In this document: positions 47,749 to 59,036 of the stretch, piece after piece
How the letters are laid out: every line of letters begins with the position of its first letter
Position numbering within the stretch: the stretch's first letter is position 1
Assembly: GCA_964016885.1 (NCBI GenBank)
Contig: OZ024744.1
Location: 113,770,001 to 113,834,000, forward strand
Reading direction: 5' to 3'
Source of the DNA: Eledone cirrhosa
Taxonomy: Eukaryota
DNA length: 64,000 bases
Position numbers and translations under genes: made by a program
Notes under the pieces: generated by a model
Seen by the model: only the letters and a program-made list of their open reading frames with translations
Database searches by the model: none
What the model was told of the DNA's origin: nothing

Positions 47749-47926
47749 AAATAAATGTTCTAAACTAAAATTTGATCATTTTAACACTTTGTATTTCGGC
47801 TCTGTAAAACACTTAAAAATTTGCATTGAGCCTTTTGTCATACTGGTAACCGACTAGTACTTAGTAGTACCCTCCATATTTATAGTTGTATCAAACATAT
47901 ATAAATATTCTTATTACTATATATAT

Positions 47927-48276
47927 ATATACGATAGTAAACAAATGGAAACTATATTTATTTCATTATACATATTTCAGGGATACCATATTAAAAATAT
48001 GGCATGCCTCCGTCAGATAAAATACAATATATAAACTGTTTTATAAATAATTTTGACGTACCATAAATATAAGCCACCATTAAGGTAGGAAGCCAGCTTC
48101 CTACCTTAATGGTGGCTTATATTTATGGTACGTCAAAATTATTTATAAAACAGTTTATATATTGTATTTTATCTGACGGAGGCATGCCATATTTTTAATA
48201 TGGTATCCCTGAAATATGTATAATGAAATAAATATGGTTTTATAAATATAGTTTCCATTTGTTTACTATCGTATAT
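47927..48276. repeat. Fold-back palindrome 2: perfect 140-bp arms, 2-nt loop, plus a 27-bp outer arm
   Basis: 47954-48093 is the exact reverse complement of 48096-48235, with loop CA at 48094-48095. After a 14-bp bulge, 47927-47953 pairs with 48250-48276. Confidence 0.95.
48173..48220 (+). ncRNA. Degenerate hammerhead ribozyme-like motif (A9G core variant, weak stems I and III); mirrored on the - strand at 47969-48016
   Basis: CTGACGG, then a long stem AGG(c)ATGCCATAT/ATATGGTAT(c)CCT, then GAAA-TATG-TA, with AATAAA at 48227. Confidence 0.45.
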
Positions 48277-48358
48277 CTACTCCAAAAACTTGTCAAGTGC
48301 TTTATATCGGTTATAAAATATTTACTTGTTGTAACCCAACAATTTTAAATAAAACTTT

Positions 48359-48361
<3 letters not shown>

Positions 48362-48419
<58 letters not shown>

Positions 48420-48436
48420 GAAGAGAGAGAAAGAGA
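48362..48436. repeat. Compound (TA)n(GA)n microsatellite
   Basis: Direct reading. Confidence 0.95.
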
Positions 48437-50501
48437 GCAGCTGAAGCACAATGACTATGAAATTAAAGTGCTGTACCACTTACTGATAGGATCCAAGGTA
48501 CATAACTCATGTTGTCCCAGTTTTGACAATTGTAAAATTGTAGACATAAAATGTATATATATGTAACACTAGCTTGAATGATCCAGCATTAGCTGAGTAG
48601 CTGCTGTTCTTATTCAGATTAGTTAACAATAAATATGAAGATATAATTTTTCTCTCATAATTATTTCAAAATATCTATATTTTATTAAAAAAATATAAAA
48701 ATTGTAATGATAATAGAATTTAGAAATGAAAATCTGTCCATCTTGAAGCACCTCAGGGTAAACAATATTCATTGTGTAATTTTTTGTTGGTGTGCAAATG
48801 AATAAATTGTTCCTACTTCCAACTCATGAACAACCAGCATAGAGTTGACCATGGAGAAACATGTAGTAGAGAGATCAAGTCCAACTACCTTGAGAGATTG
48901 ATCCTGAGATTTGTAAAATTGAAATAACAAAACTTAGTTTGACTGGAAACTGAAGCCTCTTAAATTCAACCTCACATTCACTCACACACATATACTTGTC
49001 AGTCATTACATATGTATATGTATGTGTGGATGTATGTGTGTTTAATTCTCTGTGTATCTGATTAAATATTTACGTGAAGATGTGTGTGTATGTAACTTAC
49101 TAAGGCTTAATGTACATAACAAAAGCACGCACACAAAAACACAAACACACTCGTATACAAAATGTGATGTCGTCGTCATTGTTGTGTTATAAAATATCTG
49201 TTTACTTATAGTCTATAGTAGATTATTTCAGATAAAGTGTTATATTGTATCCAAACGAAAATAAGAATTACATGTTGTTAATCCCGAGGTCTAATACAGA
49301 CAGACAGACAGACAGAGAGACAAATAATTTTATATATATAGAGAGATAGTAGATGTATATACATTTAAGTATATACCTACACTTACACACATATGTACAT
49401 ACATTTAAGTATATACATACACACACACAGATGTATATACATTTAAGTATACACACAAACACACATACGTATTTACATAGACATATGTATATATATATAT
49501 ACATTTAAGTATACACACACATATATGTACACACGCAAACACACAGAAATATGTGCAGTCCAGATCCTTTGAAATGTAAGTCCTTTAACTTTTCTAGAAT
49601 TCTTTGATTGTTATCTGCTAGTAATGTCTTATTTTGGTATTGTTGCTCCACGGCTATATTGTTTAGGAGTTTGTTCTGATATTAGTTTTTTTTTTGCATC
49701 TGTTATCATTGAGTAGTTGTGGGCAACGAGGTTGAAATAATTGCGGACGCTTCTATGTATTTAGTATTCTAATGATATAAATTTCTATTTTATATATATT
49801 TTTATCTAAATTATTGTTGTATTCCTACTCCTAGTATTTAATATATTAGTTGAGTTGCTTTATAGTTTGTGTTTAATGAGGAGCTATTTTTAGCATTGCT
49901 TCCAGCCTGAGACTGAAAAGCTATGAGTTTATATATAGATATTGCAAATAATACATTTATGCAGATGCTTATTTGCATATAGTGCAGGCTTGACAGGCTG
50001 GTATTAACTGACTATATATAATCTATAAATCTATATATAAATGCTTAATTTTTCAGTTTGAATACTGAGTGAGTGAATGTCACAGAAGATGTATAAAAGT
50101 CCTGAAACACTAATGTCTGGTGTTCTCTCGTGGTTACTAAGTAGATGTGACATTATCACAGCTTAAAACATAAATATATATGTTTATTATATATATATAT
50201 ATATCTTGTATAGGCTTTCATATACGACTATATTTAGAATAATGGTGTGTTAGTGCTGCTGCTAATATACATCTAATTATTCCAAGTAAAGAAACCTTGG
50301 TTGATCAATTACCGACTGTAGTGTAAACAGATGTGAGCACTCCACATGTGGGTAACTTAAGGTATTAGCTGTAAGGTATCAGACAGTGGGAATATTATAA
50401 TGAAGAGAGACGGTTTATCTTCTGTTTATTATATAATCCTGATATATAATAAACAGAGGATGTATGCATGAAACCATCTCTCTTCTTCATAATATATATA
50501 G

Positions 50502-50604
50502 TCCCATATGAGCAAGACATGGTCACCTGACCTAGTATTGCCCACAACAGGACAACCCGTCTAACCCATGCCAGCGTGGAAAATAGAAGTAAAATGGAGG
50601 TGAT
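50502..50604 (+). mobile_element. Short RTE 3'-terminal fragment
   Basis: TATGAGCAAGACATGGTCAC..GACCT..ATTGCCCACAACAGGACAACCCGTCTAAC closely matches 55520-55625. Confidence 0.85.
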
Positions 50605-50667
50605 ATACGATCAAAGCTAATCTGCTACTTGCAGCTGCAACTTCAATTATACTCATTACTATTATTT

Positions 50668-51000
50668 CATTTCATTTCATTTTACATCCGCTTTTTCCCT
50701 GCTTGCAAGGGTGGGACGGGAACTGAGTCTGGCTTGATTTCTACAGCTGGATGCCCTTTCTAACACCAACCTCATTTACAGTGTGTGCTGGGTGCTTTTT
50801 TGCTGTTGCACCTACACGACCACTTTGCAGTGGAATGATAAGGACCCCAGTCCCTATCATCTCATTTCTACAGCTGAGTAAACTGGAGCAATGTGAAATA
50901 AAGTGTCTTGCTCAAGGACACAACACATCACCCGGTCTGAGAATTGAACTCACAACCTTTCGATTGCTAGGCCAATGCTCTAACCACTAAGCTATGTGCC
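50668..51000 (-). mobile_element. tRNA-derived SINE with a conserved central domain and an RTE-type 3' tail
   Basis: On the minus strand: A box TAGCTTAGTGG, B-box-like GAGTTCAATTC, then TGTGTCCTTGAGCAAGACACTT (CORE/Meta-like central domain). 50730-50833 matches the RTE copy 1 3' UTR at 42610-42714. Confidence 0.8.
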
Positions 51001-51008
51001 ATGTATAT

Positions 51009-51097
51009 ATCATCATCATCATCGTTTAACGTCTATCTTCCATGTTAGCATGGGTTAGACGGCAATTGTCCCACTTGAGGCAAGATTGGTTGTCTCG
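51009..51097 (-). mobile_element. RTE-type 3' tail fragment
   Basis: (CAT)n-CGTTTAACGTC...TAGCATGGGTTAGACGG, as at 42493-42562. Confidence 0.75.
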
Positions 51098-51504
51098 CTC
51101 ACACACATAAATATATATATATTATTATTCGCTTGTTTCTACAACGTATATATTTCGGCCTTCATTTCAAAATAAACCACGTTGGACATTCTCTCCTCTC
51201 TCTCTCTACGAACTCCTCCCAAACCTGCGCTATTCTACCCCTTTCTCTCACTCATTCACTTCGGTGTTACGAATATAGATAGCTTTTGACCTTCTCTATG
51301 GATTTTTAAAGATTTCCAACTCATCTATCATTTAGTCGGTGACCATCTTCGAAATTCTCACACATCCGCCTTGTTGAATATGTCTACTTGTATCTGCTTA
51401 TTTCCCCCAAATTTTCTGTGACGATATACACCATGATGGCAACCTATCTCATAAATTCCCTCCCGCCCACCCCCACTTACCCTTATAATCTATTCGACCA
51501 ATCA

Positions 51505-54500
51505 AACCACAGCAACATATCCTGCCATTACTACTCCTGTCCTTCTAGCCCTGCACCAAAGAATTCTTGTTTATTGTTATCTATGGATGAGCTGAGGATA
51601 ATGGAACAAGCCCAAATAAATAAATGAATATGAATCCACGAGTTACCAAGCACCCATGCAAAGATTTAATTCAGAGACAGAAAGCATACACACTCTCCCG
51701 CAAAAATCCACTCTTTCCCACCAATGACGACAAATGCCCAAAACTCCGAGTTGGTACCATCAACGTAAGCACAATGAAAGGAAGAGCAAGAGAAATTGTA
51801 GAGATGTTAGACTGAAAGAAAATTGATGTATGCTGTGTGCAAGAGACTAGATGGAGAGGAGGGTCTGCTAGAGTCCTTGTAGGCAAAGGTCAGTGCTATA
51901 GATTCTTCTGGGTGGGAAATGACAACAGGATGGGTGGTGTAGGTATACTATTAGCTGACAAGTGGGTAGATAAGGTAATCTCAGTGAGCAGTGTGAATGC
52001 AAGAATCATTAAACTCAGACTAGTCCTGAATAAAACAATTGCTACAATTATATCAGCTTATGCACCCCAATTTGGGGTTCCAGACAAACTTAAGGATAGG
52101 TTTTACCAGTCCTTAATGCACACCACTGCCCTAACAAATAACAATGACTTCCTAATCATTGCAGGGGACTTTAACGGACAAGTTGGGAAACACCGTGACG
52201 GCTTCTATAGAGTCCACAGAGGCTACAGGTTTTGCACAAGAAATGAAGAAGGCTTCAGGCTTCTAGAATTCTGCAACGCCAATGACATGTCGATATGTAA
52301 CACAAACTTCAAAAAACCCCAACAACCATCTGATCACCTATAGATCAGGAGAGCATTCTAGTCAGATAGATTTTATCCTCATTAGAGGACGAGATAGATG
52401 GACAGTCGTAAACACAAAAGCCTTCCCTGGATAGGAATGTAACTGCCAACATAACTTAGTTGTCAGCGACCTGATTGTCAGAACTAGAGCTACTTGGCAT
52501 CAGAAGGCAACCTGGAGAAGAAAGATCTGGAAGCTGAAAGACCCCTCAGCCAGTAACAGATTTAAAGATATCTTACTCGACGCCTATGACAGTAAAGAAG
52601 AACAGAAAGAGACATTCAATGTAGAAGAGCACTGGGAGTTCCTAAGAAGTAACTTACTAAAGGCGACGGACGAGATCTGTGGCTGGAGCAAGTCCAAAGG
52701 GAGGAGGAGGGTGACTTGGGGGTGGAACAATAAGGTAGATGAGCAGTGTGATTGCGAGGCAGTGTGTTAGAGAGAATTGTGATGTCATTGGAGAAAAGTG
52801 TGTCTGGGATGATAGAGGTGAGCTTGCCCTCACAAGTGCTGAGAAGAAAGCTGCATGGAAGAGCGTTGAAAGATTACTAAATGAGGAGAATGCATGGGAA
52901 GAAGAGACCCTACCCAAGTAGACCCTATAGAGGGGCCCGCGGTACAAGTCAGCAACAGTGTAGTAAGTAAGGCAATTAAAGATATGAAGACTAGGAAGGC
53001 AATTGGTCCATCTGGTGTAGCTGCCGAGATGCTGGAAGCATCTGCGTTGGTTGGTCACACTATAACCACATGTATTGTTAACCAGGTAATACTAGAAGGT
53101 GTCATACCAAAGGATTGGTGCAGCAGCATCATTGTCAACTGCTACAAGGGTAAAGGAGATGCACTAGATAAAGGAAACTATACAGAGGTATAATTGTAGG
53201 ACCAGGTCATGAAAGTAACGGAAAGAGTTATAGCACAGTTGATTAGGGACCGGGTAAAACTAGATGAGATGCAGTTTGGGTTTGTGCCAGGCAAAAGCAC
53301 CACTGATGCTCTTTTCCTTGTCAGGCCGTTACAGGAAAAGTACCTAGCAAAAAGTAAGCCACTCTACCTGGCATTTGTCGATCTGGAAAAATCCTTTGAC
53401 AGAGTGCCTCGTGCTGTAATCTAGTGGGCTCTTAGAAAACTAGGAGTAGTTGAATGGCTTGTGAAAGCTGTATAACGGAATACTCCTATGTTTTACCGGT
53501 GAAGATTCGAAACCGCATCTGAGGTTTCTCGCCTCTGGGACTATCTATCATTGGAGGTCCCACCATTGTCCTGTCAAGACAGGGATGATAAATGTACATT
53601 CCACTTGACCTCTGATCCCAGCTTCTTGGGGAGACAATATCTACATGGCTGATCATAAATCAACCTCATATACACATCCTTCTAACTATAGCACTATTAT
53701 AAATACAAGGAGTTAAGGAATCTAAGGGCCAGAGAGACCGAAGCAAGCAGTCCGTGGTAAGGTTCACGATGTAGCAGACCTTTCACTTTATCTCTCTCCT
53801 GACCCTTACTGGTTGTCACCTTCTTGGCCACAAACACAGCCAGACAACCAGACATGCCTGCCTGACAGATTGACCACTAATACTACGACAATAATGTATT
53901 CTAAGAATAGGCACACACACACATAGTAAGTTCATATTGTTTACATTCTATGATCATTCTATTCTTCCTGTCATATTGTATCTGTAAGATACAGCACAAC
54001 TTTTACTATATCATTTTCTCTGATTCATGCATTCACGCTAGCTTGTAGTGGCTAGCAAATTAATGTAGGGATAATTCATGTCATAAATTTTATTACTCGA
54101 TGTTCAAAGTGAATATTGTTATTGTAAAATAAACGTTGTTAACAACCCAATCATGGCATTATTCTTTCCATCAAAACACACACACCAAGAATAACAATTA
54201 TCCACTACAGCTGTACAAGCCATATATAGGGGAGCAGTCAGCAAAGTTAGGGTTAACAATGAGTATAGTGAGGAATTTAGGATACAGGTCGGTGTCCACC
54301 AGGGCTCTGTTCTTAGCCTTCTCTTGTTCATTATAGTATTGCAAGCAATAACAGGAGTTTAAGACCGGATGCGCATGGAAACTTCTGTATGCGGATGACC
54401 TCGCACTTATAGCTGAATCTATGGTGGAACTAGAGAATAAATTCCAAACATGGAAGCAACCTGTCAAAGACTAAGGTCCTCGTAAGTAGAAGAGAAAACA

Positions 54501-55628
54501 GAACCCAGATCGCCTCAGGGAAATCACCTTGCTCAGTATGTAGGAAAGGTGTAGGTAGAAATTCCATCCTTGCACCAAATGCTAACAATGGGTACACAAG
54601 AGATGTAGCGGGATCTCAGGAACCTTAACTAAGAATATAGGCTTCATATGTAGCAGCTGTGCTGGGACAGCAAGCAGCAAACGGCCACAGGAAACAAGCA
54701 CTACCAAATTCTGAGAGGGCTCTGTAGAAAGAGTAGACAGCTTCTGCTACCTAGGTGACCAAATTAGCAGCGAAGGTTGGTGTTCTGAAAGTATGGTAAC
54801 CAGGGTAAGAATGGGATGGAAGAAGTTCAGGCAGCTACTGCCACTGCTAGCTACAAAAGGCTTTTCTCTCAGAATGAACGGCAGACTGTATGATGCGCGT
54901 ATACAAACAGCAATGTTGCATGGTAGTAAGACCTGGGCACTGTGTAGACGACTTGCGTAGATTAGAAAGAAACGAAGCTTGCATGATCCGATGAACGTGT
55001 GATAGTAATATATGTGAACGGCAGAGCATAAATGAATTGAGAGAGAGACTGAGCATAAGAGGAATCAAATGCTGTGTGCAGGAAAGGAGGTTGTGTTGGA
55101 CATATGATGCATATGAAGGATGACAGCTACATAAAAAGGTGCAGAACACTAAAAGTCATCGCCTTTGAGAGGTGCAATTGGGCAAGGTCAGCTTTTATCC
55201 CCTCATCCCAGATCTTGGGTCTCCCCACTCCAATTGCACCTCTCAAAGGCGATGACACAGGACCGAGATCTCTGGAGTTATACAGTAATACAGAAGACTT
55301 GACTTCCCACGGGTACAAGCCAAAGCTGAAGCATATAGACAATATGCGCCCACCCCCTCCCACTGCAAAGTAGTTGTGTAGGTGTCATGACAAAAAAGCA
55401 CCCAGCCTACACTGTAAACTGGTCATGTAGGTGTCATGGTAAAAAAGCACCCAGTACTTACTGTAAATGAGGTTGGTGTTAGGAAGGGCACCCAGCTGGA
55501 GAAATCAAGCCAAAATCAGTTCCCGTATGAGCAAGACAAGGTCACTCGACCTGGCATTGCCCACAACAGGACAACCCGTCTAACTCATGCTAGCGTGGAA
55601 GAAGGGACGTAAAACGAGGATGATGATG
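51505..55628 (+). mobile_element. Near full-length decayed RTE LINE (copy 2, same family as copy 1), interrupted by a 739-bp insertion
   Basis: The leader, APE (VGTINVSTMKGRA, QETRWRG, AGDFNG), RT (QFGFVPGKSTTDA, LYADD) and 3' UTR align with copy 1. Many stops, a deletion near 52745, and a (TGA)n tail at about 55618-55628. The 5' end may extend further left. Confidence 0.93.
53471..54209. mobile_element. Probable solo LTR (Ty3/Gypsy-like) nested in RTE copy 2
   Basis: The RTE sequence GTGAAA-GCTG-TACAAGCC is split, with GCTG duplicated at 53467-53470 and 54210-54213. The insert starts TATAACGGA (one change from TGTAAC) and ends TCCACTACA. It contains a TATA-like motif near 53697, AATAAA near 54128, and no long ORF. 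Confidence 0.7.
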
Positions 55629-55783
55629 AAATACATATTTATATATATATATCTATATGTTTCCAGTTGATTCCAGTTCCTAAGAGAAATAACAACACTA
55701 CCAGGAGCTGGACATATCGATGGATTGACGGAGTAAAACGCACTTCAACAACATGTGTACCTGTCCTTCCCACACCAATTCGG

Positions 55784-55838
55784 ACTGCCTGAAGAGGTCA
55801 CAGTCAATGATGGCTGTCACCGAAATATATATAGCAGT
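55784..55838 (+). ncRNA. Minimal type-I hammerhead ribozyme with intact catalytic core
   Basis: ACTGC-CTGAAGA-GGTcACAGTCA(atga)TGGCTGTcACC-GAAA-TATATA-TA-GCAGT. 5-bp stem I, canonical CUGANGA and GAAA, 11-position stem II with one mismatch, palindromic stem III. The AUA cleavage triplet predicts a cut after 55833. AATAAA at 55853. Confidence 0.82.
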
Positions 55839-56029
55839 ATATTATAATTTGTAATAAACGAAGCCAAATTTTACATATTTGACTTAATTATTTTATACAT
55901 ATTTATGTACATATATGTGTGACGAAAGAGCTTTGACAATATATAAACCTTCCGGTTATCAAACCAACCAACCAACCAGAAACTTATATACATATACATA
56001 ACTTTGATAGGTTTTGGCCAGTATTGGCC

Positions 56030-58210
56030 CAGGCCATGTCTAACTTGCGCGGGTTAGACATTTTTGTTCCATTTGATGCGTGAATGATCAGGAGTCCGTG
56101 TCTTGCTCGTACAGAAGTGTCTCTGGCAGGAGTTTTACAGCTGGATGCCCTTCCTAACACCAACCACATTTACAGTGCGGACTGGGAGCCTTTTCACCGT
56201 GTCTCCTACACGACCTCCTTACAGTGTGGACTGTTGTGTCATTGACACAGTGGATGGAACAGGAAAGGGAGGATGGGTAGGCGGTGGGGTGTACATTGGG
56301 TTAAGAGGTGTCTAGTGACTGTAGGTTTGTATGCAATGGCAGTCGGGTCTTCTGTACAACTGCATGGCACCAAAGGTCTCGATCCAGTGTCATTGTCTTA
56401 GAGAGGTGTAAGTGAGCAATGTTTGTTTTTATCACCTCGTCCCAGGTTTTTCTTGGTCTCCCCACTCCGTAGCTCCCATCAATTTTCAATGCCCTGCACT
56501 TTTTTATACAGCTGTCATCATTCATACGTATCACATGTCCATACCAACGCAATCTCCTCTCCAGAAAACAACATTTGATACCTCTTATGCTTAATTCGTT
56601 TATGCTTCGCTTTTGCGCACGTTACTATTACACATCCATTGGAACATGCAAGCTTCATTTCTTTCTAATTTACGCAAGTCTTCAGCACACAACGCCCAGG
56701 TCTCAGTACCATGTAACATTGCTGTTCGTATACAAGCATCATGCAATCTGCTTTTCACTTTTAAAGAAAAACCTTTTGTGGCCAACAGCAGTATTAGCTC
56801 TCTGAACTTTTTCCATCCTGTTCTAACTCTGGCTACTGTACTTTCAGAGCACCCTCCACCACTGCTGATTTTGTCACACACATAATGGAAAGTGTCTACT
56901 ATTTCTATAGAACCATCTGGGCAGTTGATGGAGATAGCATCCAGTGGGTCCTTGCTACTTATTGCACCTGAGCATCGGCCACATATAAAATCTACATTCT
57001 TAGATAGCTTACATGTGATCCCACTACATCTTTTATGAACCCATAGTTTGCATTTGGGACATAAAATGGAATTTCTACCTACTCCCTTCTTACACACTGA
57101 GTATGGCCATTTCCCAGAGAGGACCTGTGCCCTATTCTCCTTTCTACATACTAGAACTTTAATCTTAGACAAGTTAAATTTAAGGCCTTTTGATTCTAGG
57201 CCATGCTTCCATGTTTGGAACTTCTCTAGTTCAGCCATGGATTCATCTGCATATAGAAGTTCCCATGGGCAACCAGTCTTAAATCCTTCTGTTATAGTCT
57301 GTAGGACAATAATAAACAAGAGGGGGATAAGAACAGAGCCCTGGTGAACCCCTACTATTACACTAAATTCTTCATTATATTCATTGTTAATTCTAACCTT
57401 GCTGACTGTTCCTCTATACATAGCTTGTAAAGCTCTCACAAGCCATTCTTCCACTCCTAGTTTTCTAAGAGCCCACCAGATTAAGGTGCGTGGGACTCTC
57501 AAAGGCCTTCTCCAGGTCAATAAAAGCTAACTAGAGGGGTTTACTGTTAGCTAGGTACTTTTCCTGGAGTTGCTGTACAAGGAAAAGAGCATCCATGCTA
57601 CCTTTACCTGGCACAAACCCAAACTGCATTTCATCTAGATCAATTCAGTCTCTAATCAGTTGAGTAATAACTCTTTCTGTGACTTTCATGATTTGGTCAA
57701 CTAATTTAATATCGCTATAGTTTCCTCTATCCAGAGTGTCTTTGTAACAGTCAATGATGCTGCTGCTATGCAAGTCATTTGGTATGACCCCATTCTGTAT
57801 GACTTGGTTTACTATCTGGGTGACTATAGTATGTCCTACCATTCCAGATACCTTCAACATTTCAGCAACTATCCCTGAAGGCCCAGCTACATTGCCTGTC
57901 TTCATATCTTTAATTACCTTACTTATTATACTACCTTTAACTTGCACCGCTGGTCCCTCTATTGGATTGATGTGGGACAGACGATCTTTATTCCATTCAT
58001 TCTCCTCATTTAATAGTCTCTCGTAGTGACACTTCCAAGTTACCTTCTTATCAGTATCAATGAGGGCAAGTACACCATCGTCATTACGGACACATGTCTC
58101 CGACAATATCACAGTTCTCCTTGACACATTGCCTCGCAATCCTGAATATCTCACGTCTTTGGTCCTTCTGTTGTAGAATATGCTTGAACTTACTGTCCTC
58201 TGCTTCCCTT
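56030..58210 (-). mobile_element. 5'-truncated decayed RTE LINE (copy 3, more divergent subfamily)
   Basis: Pieces 57645-58154, 56600-57520 and 56301-56552 encode RT (GVHQGSVL, LLYAD) and the C-terminus (MLHGTETW, RWYGHVIR, GRPRKTW). 3' UTR motif at 56132-56190. Ends are approximate. Confidence 0.92.
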
Positions 58211-58493
58211 AAAATCATTACTGTCCCTCTTTTAAATCATTAAATCTCCTACTGATGGATAGTTGTGTCTTTGGAATGACCATTAATTGACTTTATCACA
58301 CATATTTTTCAGTAGACTCCAGTTAATTGCAGTTATATCCACATTTTTACTTTCTCACAACTCTCATATCATCTTTTCTATCCCAAAGTCTGGCACAAAA
58401 AACATTTCCCTTTCTTCAGGTTTGCAGAACATCATAGCATGTCAACCATTTGTAAACCTAATGAAATACATTACTGTGCCTGATACATTAGTG

Positions 58494-58597
58494 TGTCTGA
58501 TACACCAGCTTTCAGACACACCAATGTCTGATACACCAGCTTATCAGACACACCAATGTCTGACACACCAGTGTCTGACACACCAATGTATCAGACT
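58494..58597. repeat. Short 15-16 bp tandem repeat (TGTCTGAYACACCAR / TCAGACACACCAA), about 6 units
   Basis: Direct reading. Confidence 0.8.
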
Positions 58598-58651
58598 ACA
58601 AGGGTGAGGCTGGTTCTTAGATATGATAGTGTTGGTTAAAGTGATTATCCT

Positions 58652-59036
58652 AATAATAATCATTTAATATCCATTTTTCCTTACTATCAAGGGTGGGCTG
58701 TGTCTTCACAAACCAAGTCAGTACTGAAGCTGGTCTACTGACCTCCCAGACAGGCCGAGGGGTCTGTATCTCACTTATGTTCAGTTCCACATTCTACTGA
58801 GTGCACAGGACAGGTTGTCATGTCTTTCACACAACTGAGGGTCCTTCCAATGCCTTGTTTGGGAAGCTTTCTTTGACTGGATATCCTTCAGTCACCAACC
58901 ACTTTACAGAGTATATTGGATGTGTTTATCATGTATATCACTAAAACTAGAGAGGTTGTCATGTCTTTGACACAACTGGAGGATCCTTCCCACCAACCCT
59001 TTGTTTGGCAAGTTTTTAACAGCTGGAAAACCTTCC
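58652..59036 (-). mobile_element. Old RTE-3'-UTR-related element with an internal tandem duplication of about 140 bp
   Basis: The tail resembles 50680-50716. CTGGATATCCTTC..CACCAACCACTTTACAGAGT resembles the RTE 3' UTR. AGGTTGTCATGTCTTT-ACACAACTG occurs at about 58812 and 58953. Confidence 0.6.

Larger units (their letters stand above)
46078..47794. repeat. Fold-back palindrome 1 (about 137-bp arms, 24-nt loop), left arm split by a CR1-type insertion; probable Penelope-like pLTR remnant
   Basis: 46078-46169 is the reverse complement of 47703-47794 (3 mismatches). 47591-47633 is the reverse complement of 47658-47700 (1 mismatch). The loop is 47634-47657. Confidence 0.9.

Noticed and set aside
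46078-47794. DNA transposon with 92-bp terminal inverted repeats carrying a reverse transcriptase
   Set aside because: The apparent terminal repeats are the outer part of one palindrome whose inner part lies at 47591-47700. The RT is a later CR1-type insertion.
48565-48600. Possible Helitron 3' end (minus strand, hairpin then CTAGT)
   Set aside because: The hairpin is only 4-5 bp and no matching 5' end in the correct orientation was identified.
50925-51000. tRNA gene
   Set aside because: It has A/B boxes but I could not build a convincing acceptor stem, and it continues into a SINE body and tail.
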